DNA of 64,000 nucleotides from Escherichia coli (GTDB lineage Bacteria; Pseudomonadota; Gammaproteobacteria; Enterobacterales; Enterobacteriaceae): NCBI RefSeq assembly GCF_044324875.1, contig NZ_CP172185.1; one strand, 5' to 3'. Shown piece by piece: positions 51,076 to 64,000 of this stretch (position 1 is its first letter; each line of letters starts with the position of its first letter). The notes under the pieces were generated by a model. It saw only the letters and a program-made list of their open reading frames with translations, ran no database searches and was not told where the DNA came from. The position numbers and the translations under genes were made by a program.

Positions 51076-52287
51076 TCAGGCATCGGCGCACGGCTGCATT
51101 CGTGATCTCCGGCTCATCAAAATAAACACTGCCAGGCCAGCAACAAGAATACCCGGCGCAGAAGCGGCCATTACGCCAACCGTGCCAGTGCCTAATGCCA
51201 GCATTTTCCCGGCCAGTAACGGACCGCTCATAGCCCCCAGACGCCCTACCGCCACGGCTGTTCCCACACCTGTTGCGCGGATCTGCGAACTGTAAAACAA
51301 CGGTGCCAGGGCATACAAAACGCTTTGCCCACCTGTCGCAAACAACCCCGCGACGAATCCCGCCAGCAGCATACCGTTAAATGACGACACCGTTCCCAGC
51401 GCCAGCAGCGAAGCTAACATGCCGCTATAAATCAGTAGCGACATGGTTACTGGACGCAGCTTATCCATCAATGCGCCCAACATTAACGTCCCGCTTGCCG
51501 CCCCCATTTGCAGTGCAAACATCACCCCTGCCGCCTGCGATGGCTGGAATCCTTGCTCCACCAAAAGCAGCGGTAGCCAGTTGATCAACATGTAGACCAC
51601 CAGCAGAGTGAAGAAATAACACAACCACAGCAGCAGCGTCGCGGTTGCCGTTTCTGGCGCAAATAACGCACGCAGTGGTGGCGCAGCCTGTTTTTCGCCA
51701 GCGAAAACCGCCGACTCCGGCAGCCAGCGCATTAATAGTGGCACCAGAATCAACGGCACTACACCACCGACCCAAAACACCGTTTGCCAGGCTAAGTTTG
51801 CCCCCGCGAAACCCAGTGTCGCCGCCAGCGCCGCGCCAATGGGGACACCGCAATACATCAGGCTCACTGCCGTCCCACGAAAACGTGGACCCGCGGCTTC
51901 AGACGTCAGGGCGATCAGATTCGGCAACGCCGCCCCCAGCCCGACACCGGTCATCAGTCGCGCAAAGACCAGTGAGGGGAAATCCCAGGCAATCGCCGTT
52001 GCCAGTGAGAACAAACCAAACAGCGCAACTGAGCTAATTAAAATACGCTTACGACCATAACGGTCCGCCAGCATTCCGCCAACCAGCGCGCCGGGTAGCA
52101 AACCGAGTATTCCGGCGCTGAATATCCAGCCCATTTGCATTTTATCGAGTGCGAAAGCCTGGGCGATGCCACCCGCCGCAATGCCAGCCGCCTGAAGATC
52201 CAGTCCTTCCATCAGAGCGACCAAAAAACAAAGCCCGATAGTCAGCATCAGGCGGGTTGAAGATGATGAAGGGGTACGAGTCGACAT
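51076..52287 (-). CDS. mhpT: 3-(3-hydroxyphenyl)propionate MFS transporter
   Basis: ORF track extends to 52356; start at MSTRTPSSSSTRLMLTIGL... gives 403 aa; downstream of mhpE. Confidence 0.88.
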   Translation of the reverse strand: MSTRTPSSSSTRLMLTIGLCFLVALMEGLDLQAAGIAAGGIAQAFALDKMQMGWIFSAGILGLLPGALVGGMLADRYGRKRILISSVALFGLFSLATAIAWDFPSLVFARLMTGVGLGAALPNLIALTSEAAGPRFRGTAVSLMYCGVPIGAALAATLGFAGANLAWQTVFWVGGVVPLILVPLLMRWLPESAVFAGEKQAAPPLRALFAPETATATLLLWLCYFFTLLVVYMLINWLPLLLVEQGFQPSQAAGVMFALQMGAASGTLMLGALMDKLRPVTMSLLIYSGMLASLLALGTVSSFNGMLLAGFVAGLFATGGQSVLYALAPLFYSSQIRATGVGTAVAVGRLGAMSGPLLAGKMLALGTGTVGVMAASAPGILVAGLAVFILMSRRSRMQPCADA

Positions 52288-52362
52288 AAGATGAACCTCG
52301 TTGCGAGTGCAGGTGAATCGCGGCTGATACATTGTCAGCCGCGTAATCAGAACCATTTAATG

Positions 52363-52420
<58 letters not shown>

Positions 52421-52462
52421 GCTGGGATGGGCATACAAAATGCACGTTCTCGGCAGTCATCA

Positions 52463-53472
52463 TTATTTGTTGTTGCGCAGATCCAGCGCCACGTCGACGA
52501 TCATATCCTCCTGGCCGCCAACCATCCGGCGCTTGCCCAGCTCAACGAGAATATCCACCGCGCTTAAGCCATAACGCGCCGCCGCCGTTTCACAGTGACG
52601 CAGGAAGCTGGAGTAAACACCGGCATATCCCAGCGCCAGCGTTTCGCGATCGACTCGTACCGGACGATCCTGCAACGGACGCACCAGGTCGTCAGCGGCA
52701 TCCATTAACGCATAGAGATCGGTCCCATGCTGCCAACCCAGTTTATCCGCGGCGGCAATAAACACTTCCAGCGGCGCGTTACCTGCGCCCGCCCCCATTC
52801 CCGCGAGACTGGCATCGATTCGGTCGCAGCCCTCTTCCACCGCCGCGATAGAGTTCGCCACGCCAAGACTCAGGTTATGGTGAGCGTGCATGCCGGTTTG
52901 CGTTTCTGGTTTCAGCACTGCTTTCAGGGCGCGGAAACGGTCACGGATATCGCTCATGTTCATCGCACCGCCAGAATCCACCACATAAATACAGGTCGCA
53001 CCGTAGCCTTCCATCAGCTTTGCCTGCTTTGCGAGATTCTCCGGCGTGGTCATATGGCTCATCATCAGAAAACCAACGGTGTCCATTCCGAGCTCGCGGG
53101 CATACTGAATATGCTGGGCGGAAACATCGGCTTCGGTACAGTGCGTTGCCACACGAACCACCCGCGCGCCAGCCTGCCAGGCATTTTTCAAATCGTGAAT
53201 AGTGCCGATTCCAGGCAGCAACAACGTCGCGATTTTGGCGTGCTTCACCACATCCGCCGCCGCTTCAATCCATTCAAGGTCGCTATGTGTGCCGAAACCA
53301 TAGTTAAAGCTGGACCCCTGCAAACCGTCGCCATGGGCCACTTCAATCGAATCCACGCGGGCATCGTCCAGTGCTTTGGCAATCTGGCGGACATTTTCCA
53401 GCGAATACTGATGACGAATGGCGTGCATACCGTCACGCAACGTGACGTCCGAGATATAAAGTTTTTTACCGT

Positions 53473-53476
<4 letters not shown>
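52463..53476 (-). CDS. mhpE: 4-hydroxy-2-oxovalerate aldolase
   Basis: 337-aa ORF recognised as MhpE; 4-bp overlap with mhpF. Confidence 0.93.
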
Positions 53477-55238
<1,762 letters not shown>

Positions 55239-56105
55239 TTAAGGGCGTGCGAGGAAATTCAGCACCAGTTGATTGAAAGCGTCGGCATGTTCCCACTGCG
55301 CCCAGTGACCACAGTCGCGGAAGATATGCAGTTCAGAACCGGCAATGCCGGACAGCAGACGCAGACCCGCATCCATCGGCACAAAGCGGTCGTTGCGCCC
55401 CCAGACAATCAGGGTTTGCGCTTTGATTTCCGCCAGACGTGGGCCAAAATCCGGGAACTGTTTCGGATTAGCTTCCAGACTCTTAACGAAGTTTTCCAGG
55501 TGATCGTGGCGCGACAGCATATTATTCAGGCGCGCTTCAAACAGGGCGTCGGTCAAATCGCTGGTATCAAAAACGAAGATATCCATCATCAGCTTCAGGT
55601 TTTCGATAGTCGGCTGACGATAAAGCTGATTCAGTCGCTTAATACCTTCAGTTGGCATCGGCGTAAACAAACTCATACCGCCCGTACCGCCGCCCATCAG
55701 CACCAGTTTGCCGACGCGCTCCGGCCAGTTAAGGGTGAACGCCACAGAACTGTGGCCGCCCATCGAGTTGCCTAGCAGGTGGATTTTGGCGATATCCAGT
55801 TGATCCACCACGCTTTTCAGGATTCGCGCATTAAGATCCGATCGCGAACCACTATTAACGATCGAATCGCTCTTACCCCAACCCGGACAATCCAGCAGGA
55901 TCACCCGATAGCCCGCCTCTACCAGCGGATCGATATTGCGGCTGAAGTTCGCCCAGCCAGTAGCACCCGGGCCGGAACCATGCAGCAGGACAACGGTTTC
56001 GTCGCCTTGTCCGCAGTCATTAAAATGGATGCGCAGCGTTTTACCCGCTTCTTCTACATTCAGAAAACGGCTGGTGGCGGCTTCGGTTTGTGGCTGATAA
56101 CTCAT
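55239..56105 (-). CDS. mhpC: 2-hydroxy-6-ketonona-2,4-dienedioate hydrolase (alpha/beta hydrolase)
   Basis: ORF track extends to 56168; start at [21 protein letters not shown]... gives 288 aa; GNSMGG nucleophile motif. Confidence 0.9.
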   Translation of the reverse strand: MSYQPQTEAATSRFLNVEEAGKTLRIHFNDCGQGDETVVLLHGSGPGATGWANFSRNIDPLVEAGYRVILLDCPGWGKSDSIVNSGSRSDLNARILKSVVDQLDIAKIHLLGNSMGGHSSVAFTLNWPERVGKLVLMGGGTGGMSLFTPMPTEGIKRLNQLYRQPTIENLKLMMDIFVFDTSDLTDALFEARLNNMLSRHDHLENFVKSLEANPKQFPDFGPRLAEIKAQTLIVWGRNDRFVPMDAGLRLLSGIAGSELHIFRDCGHWAQWEHADAFNQLVLNFLARP

Positions 56106-56122
56106 CATCTTCTCCTGCATAT

Positions 56123-57067
56123 TCAGTTCTCTGTTCTGGCGCTTAACGAGCCAAATCCGGCAATCCACTCCGGGATTGGGTGGTAATAACGCCCTTCGCT
56201 ACGCCAGTTGCCAAACGCAGAAATAGCGGCAAAAGCGGCGACCCAGGTTTTGATTTCATGTGTCGACTTTCCGGCAATGGCGGAAAGCTCTTCGTTACTG
56301 ACGGCATCCAGTTCCTGTATGCGTCCCTGCTCCAGCAAAGTCATGAACTGGTTATCCCAAATCGGGTTGAGCGGATGCAGAGTTCTCTGATCCTCAACAA
56401 ACTTCTCAGCGGCGCTAATCACCCGCTGCTGACGCAATTCACGCTCAGTGGCGGGTAAATCTTTCCCGCTCCCCAACAGACGGTCGCGCATATGGGCATC
56501 GGCTTTCGCCAGTTCTGGCACCGGCGGCTGATGGGAAAGCCCACCGGACCCAAGGAACAGCACGCGTTTATTGAGAGTGCTGGTGAAACGTCCAATGGCT
56601 TCCCCCAACATGCGGGTACGCTGGAAACCGGGCAGCGGTGTGGCGACACCGTTGATGAACACAGGCAGAACCGGCACCTTATCCAGCCCACCGAGCAGGA
56701 ACTCCAGCGGCTGGGCGAACCCGTGGTCCACCTGCATACAGTAAGAAACGGCAAGATCGATCCCGCTCTTCATGACGGCATGCGCACAGGCCTCCGCCAG
56801 CTCCACAGGCACGGGCAGCTCTCCTGCCGCACTGCCGAAATCACCAATTGCCGTCGCTCCAACGCCTAAACAGAACGGTGGCATCACGTCATAGAAAAAG
56901 CCGTTGTAGTGATCTGGCGCAAACAGCACCACCAGTTCAGGGGAGAAAGCCGCAATACGCTCGCGGGCGCTGGCAATCACGCCATTGACCTCATCGAGCA
57001 CCTCTTGCGCCGGGTCGACATACCCCACCAGCGGCGAGTGGGAAAGACAGTGAAGATAAGCGTGCAT
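56123..57067 (-). CDS. mhpB: 3-(2,3-dihydroxyphenyl)propionate 1,2-dioxygenase (extradiol)
   Basis: 314-aa ORF ([19 protein letters not shown]...). Confidence 0.93.
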   Translation of the reverse strand: MHAYLHCLSHSPLVGYVDPAQEVLDEVNGVIASARERIAAFSPELVVLFAPDHYNGFFYDVMPPFCLGVGATAIGDFGSAAGELPVPVELAEACAHAVMKSGIDLAVSYCMQVDHGFAQPLEFLLGGLDKVPVLPVFINGVATPLPGFQRTRMLGEAIGRFTSTLNKRVLFLGSGGLSHQPPVPELAKADAHMRDRLLGSGKDLPATERELRQQRVISAAEKFVEDQRTLHPLNPIWDNQFMTLLEQGRIQELDAVSNEELSAIAGKSTHEIKTWVAAFAAISAFGNWRSEGRYYHPIPEWIAGFGSLSARTEN

Positions 57068-57068
57068 A

Positions 57069-58733
57069 TCAGGCTACCTTTTCGACAGAAACGTCGGCAT
57101 CAGGGCGGGTCAGCGTCATCACCGACGCCAGTTTATTCAGGGTCTTGCCCAGGGTTTGCGGAATGGCGGTGGCGGCAACAAAGCGATCCGGGCGCATCAC
57201 CACCAGCGAAGCATTGTGTTGCGCGAACCAGCTACGCAGGCGACCTTGCGTATCGCCCACGCGTAGTACGCCGTCGTGGTTATCCTGTGCGGTATGAATT
57301 TGCACTTCCGGCACCACCTGAATGAAGCGTGTGCCCAACGCGCGCCACTGCTGGATTTGCTCGTCGCTCATCCCCCACAGTGGATTGCATCCCCAGCCAA
57401 TTACCGCGAAGTTCGCGCCGATCGCGTTATCGAGCAGCGTCACGTCGCCGTTTTCCAGCGTGACTTTCGGCTGAATAAACATCTTGCCGACCGGAGAGTG
57501 CTTCGCTTCGCCCTCACGCACCAGCGCACCGCCGTAATATTGCGGCATCGGCTTGAAGCGCATTTCGAGGAAGTAGCGTTTTACTGGCGGCAGATAATTC
57601 AACAGCCAGGAAACGCCGTCACGTAACGTACCCTGCCAGCGTTTCGGTGGAGCCAGCACGTTGCCCGCCGTCACGGACAGGTCAATCATCGCTTTGGCGT
57701 GATCGCGACGTTCTTGTTGATAGGTATCGAGCAGCGCATCACGGGCTTTCCCCTGGATAACCAACGCCAGTTTCCATGCGAGGTTAAAGGCGTCGCGCAT
57801 ACCACTGTTATAGCCCTGCCCCTGCCACACCGGCATGATGTGCGCGGCATCGCCCGCCAGCAGTACGCGATCAATACGGAAACGTTGCGCCAGTCGCGCG
57901 TTATGGGTGTAGACACGCTGGCGAATCAATTCAACATTGTCCGGATTAGGCAGCACTTTGCTTAACAGCTTGCGCATATTTTGCGGCTCACGCAGCTGTT
58001 CTTCGGTTTCTCCCGGCATCACCATAAATTCAAAGCGACGTACCGCATGAGGCAGCGCGGCAGAAACATACGGGCGCACCGGATCACAACACAAATAGAT
58101 ATGGGGCGTACTTAACGGATCGTTGGCGATATCTACCACAATCCACTGATTTGGCGCAGTTTTACCTTCAAACGGCACATTCAGGGTGCGACGGACAAAA
58201 CTTGCCCCACCATCACAGGCCACCAGCCACTGAGCTTTGACCGTTTCCCGCTGCCCTTCTGCCGTTTTCAGGTGCAAGGTCACTTCGTCATCTTGCTGGC
58301 TGAAGGCCTCCAGCTCGCGGGAAAACAGGCAGCGCACATTCGGAAAACGCGACAATCCTTCCAGCATCACCGCATCGACCTGAGGCTGAATAAAGGCGTT
58401 ACGGCGCGGCCAGCCAAATTCATCGGTCATTGGCTGAATATCAGCAAAACAGCGACCTTTCGGGGTGAGAAAACGCATCGCGTGCCACGGCGTAGTGTGC
58501 GGCAGAACATTATCGACCAGGCCGACCGACTGCATGGTGCGCAGCGCCTCGTCATCAATACCAATCGCACGCGGGTAGTCGATCAACTTATCGAGTTTCT
58601 CCACCACCAGCACGTCAATGCCCATCTGGCCGAGATAGTTCGCCATCATCAGCCCGACCGGACCGGCACCAGCGATCGCCACCTGAACGCTATGGTTAAC
58701 AGCAGGCTGGATGTCAGGGTGTTGTATTGCCAT
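57069..58733 (-). CDS. mhpA: 3-(3-hydroxyphenyl)propionate hydroxylase (FAD monooxygenase)
   Basis: 554-aa ORF with N-terminal FAD-binding [14 protein letters not shown]. Confidence 0.93.
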   Translation of the reverse strand: MAIQHPDIQPAVNHSVQVAIAGAGPVGLMMANYLGQMGIDVLVVEKLDKLIDYPRAIGIDDEALRTMQSVGLVDNVLPHTTPWHAMRFLTPKGRCFADIQPMTDEFGWPRRNAFIQPQVDAVMLEGLSRFPNVRCLFSRELEAFSQQDDEVTLHLKTAEGQRETVKAQWLVACDGGASFVRRTLNVPFEGKTAPNQWIVVDIANDPLSTPHIYLCCDPVRPYVSAALPHAVRRFEFMVMPGETEEQLREPQNMRKLLSKVLPNPDNVELIRQRVYTHNARLAQRFRIDRVLLAGDAAHIMPVWQGQGYNSGMRDAFNLAWKLALVIQGKARDALLDTYQQERRDHAKAMIDLSVTAGNVLAPPKRWQGTLRDGVSWLLNYLPPVKRYFLEMRFKPMPQYYGGALVREGEAKHSPVGKMFIQPKVTLENGDVTLLDNAIGANFAVIGWGCNPLWGMSDEQIQQWRALGTRFIQVVPEVQIHTAQDNHDGVLRVGDTQGRLRSWFAQHNASLVVMRPDRFVAATAIPQTLGKTLNKLASVMTLTRPDADVSVEKVA

Positions 58734-58923
58734 TTCAGTACCTCACGACTCGGACAAAATGCCGTTGCGCGCACAGTACAGCGCAACTTATTTTGTTAAA
58801 AACATGTAAATGATTTTTTATTGTGCGCTCAGTATAGGAAGGGTGTTTCCGGCTACAATCAAAACATGCCCGAATGTGCACCAGGTGCACAACGTTGTTT
58901 TAACTATAGAAATGTCAATTAAT

Positions 58924-59757
58924 ATGCAGAACAATGAGCAGACGGAATACAAAACCGTGCGCGGCTTAACCCGCGGTCTTATGTTATTAAATATGTTAAA
59001 TAAACTTGATGGCGGTGCCAGCGTCGGGCTGCTGGCGGAACTCAGCGGCCTGCATCGCACCACTGTGCGGCGACTGCTGGAGACGCTGCAGGAAGAGGGA
59101 TATGTCCGGCGTAGTCCCTCCGATGATAGTTTCCGTTTGACCATCAAAGTGCGGCAATTAAGCGAAGGATTTCGTGACGAACAGTGGATTTCTGCACTGG
59201 CGGCCCCACTGCTGGGCGATCTGTTGCGCGAAGTGGTTTGGCCAACAGATGTGTCCACCCTGGATGTTGATGCAATGGTGGTACGCGAAACCACCCACCG
59301 TTTCAGCCGCTTATCCTTTCACCGGGCAATGGTCGGGCGACGTTTACCGCTTCTGAAAACCGCCTCGGGCCTGACCTGGCTGGCCTTTTGCCCGGAACAA
59401 GAACGCAAGGAATTAATCGAGATGTTAGCCTCCCGCCCCGGTGATGACTATCAACTGGCACGAGAACCGTTAAAGCTGGAAGCCATTCTGGCGCGCGCGC
59501 GCAAAGAGGGTTACGGACAGAACTACCGCGGCTGGGATCAAGAAGAAAAGATCGCCTCCATTGCCGTACCGCTGCGCAGTGAACAACGGGTGATTGGCTG
59601 TCTGAATCTGGTGTATATGGCGAGCGCAATGACCATCGAACAGGCAGCGGAAAAGCATCTTCCGGCGCTACAACGGGTGGCAAAACAGATCGAAGAAGGG
59701 GTTGAATCGCAGGCTATTCTGGTGGCCGGACGGCGAAGCGGCGTGCATTTACGCTGA
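58924..59757 (+). CDS. mhpR: IclR-family transcriptional activator of the mhp operon
   Basis: ORF track gives 58810..59757; internal ATG at 58924 (MQNNEQTEYKTVRGLTRGL...) gives 277 aa; divergent from mhpA. Confidence 0.9.
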   Translation: MQNNEQTEYKTVRGLTRGLMLLNMLNKLDGGASVGLLAELSGLHRTTVRRLLETLQEEGYVRRSPSDDSFRLTIKVRQLSEGFRDEQWISALAAPLLGDLLREVVWPTDVSTLDVDAMVVRETTHRFSRLSFHRAMVGRRLPLLKTASGLTWLAFCPEQERKELIEMLASRPGDDYQLAREPLKLEAILARARKEGYGQNYRGWDQEEKIASIAVPLRSEQRVIGCLNLVYMASAMTIEQAAEKHLPALQRVAKQIEEGVESQAILVAGRRSGVHLR

Positions 59758-59833
59758 CACCATCGAATGGCGCAAAACCTTTCGTGGTATGGCATGATAG
59801 CGCCCGGAAGAGAGTCAATTCAGGGTGGTGAAT

Positions 59834-60908
59834 GTGAAACCAGTAACGCTATACGATGTCGCAGAGTATGCCGGTGTCTCTTATCAGACCGTTTCCCGCG
59901 TGGTGAACCAGGCCAGCCACGTTTCTGCGAAAACGCGGGAAAAAGTGGAAGCGGCGATGGCGGAGCTGAATTACATTCCCAACCGCGTGGCACAACAACT
60001 GGCGGGCAAGCAGTCGTTGCTGATTGGCGTTGCCACCTCCAGTCTGGCCCTGCACGCGCCGTCGCAAATTGTCGCGGCGATTAAATCTCGCGCCGATCAA
60101 CTGGGTGCCAGCGTGGTGGTGTCGATGGTAGAACGAAGCGGCGTCGAAGCCTGTAAAGCGGCGGTGCACAATCTTCTCGCGCAACGCGTCAGTGGGCTGA
60201 TCATTAACTATCCGCTGGATGACCAGGATGCCATTGCTGTGGAAGCAGCCTGCGCTAATGTTCCGGCGTTATTTCTTGATGTCTCTGACCAGACACCCAT
60301 CAACAGTATTATTTTCTCCCATGAAGACGGTACGCGACTGGGCGTGGAGCATCTGGTCGCATTGGGTCACCAGCAAATCACGCTGTTAGCAGGTCCATTA
60401 AGTTCTGTCTCGGCACGTCTGCGCCTGGCGGGCTGGCATAAATATCTCACTCGCAATCAAATTCAGCCGATAGCGGAACGGGAAGGCGACTGGAGTGCCA
60501 TGTCCGGTTTTCAACAAACCATGCAAATGCTGAATGAGGGCATCGTTCCCACTGCGATGCTGGTTGCCAACGATCAGATGGCGCTGGGCGCAATGCGCGC
60601 CATTACCGAGTCCGGGCTGCGCGTTGGTGCGGATATCTCGGTAGTGGGATACGACGATACCGAAGACAGCTCGTGTTATATCCCGCCGTTAACCACCATC
60701 AAACAGGATTTTCGCCTGCTGGGGCAAACCAGCGTGGACCGCTTGTTGCAACTCTCTCAAGGCCAGGCGGTGAAGGGCAATCAGCTGTTGCCCGTCTCAC
60801 TGGTGAAAAGAAAAACCACCCTTCCGCCCAATACGCAAACCGCTTCTCCCCAGGCGTTGGCAGATTCTTTAATGCAGCTGGCGCGACAAATTTCCCGACT
60901 CGAAAGCG

Positions 60909-60916
<8 letters not shown>
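59834..60916 (+). CDS. lacI: lactose operon repressor
   Basis: GTG start at 59834 (VKPVTLYDVAEYAGVSYQTVSRVVNQ...) gives 360 aa; ends ...RLESGQ. Confidence 0.95.

Positions 60917-64000
<3,084 letters not shown>

Overview
This window is a contiguous stretch of Escherichia coli-type chromosome running (in window orientation) tgt-queA-acpH ... malZ-proY-brnQ-phoRB-sbcDC-araJ-mak-rdgC-ppnP-aroM-yaiA-aroL-yaiI-proC-adrA-psiF-phoA-iraP-ddlA-yaiZYW-sbmA-ampH-yaiV-yaiT-hemB-tauDCBA-yaiSPXO-frmRAB-yaiL-mhpTEFDCBAR-lacI-lacZ(partial). Gene calls rest on reading the six-frame translations and recognising the proteins and their order from memory; no database search was run. Almost everything is ordinary core genome. 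The one strong candidate for something new is a low-GC segment of about 1.6 kb (c. 3137-4700) wedged between the convergent genes acpH and malZ, carrying a single 485-aa ORF I cannot assign to any family. Other anomalies are an apparent -1 frameshift splitting malZ, an IS2 copy with a 5-bp target duplication cleanly interrupting the autotransporter gene yaiT, and a yaiX reading frame with no canonical start. Several lac promoter bases differ from the K-12 sequence as I remember it, so this is probably not MG1655. No rRNA, tRNA or CRISPR array was seen.
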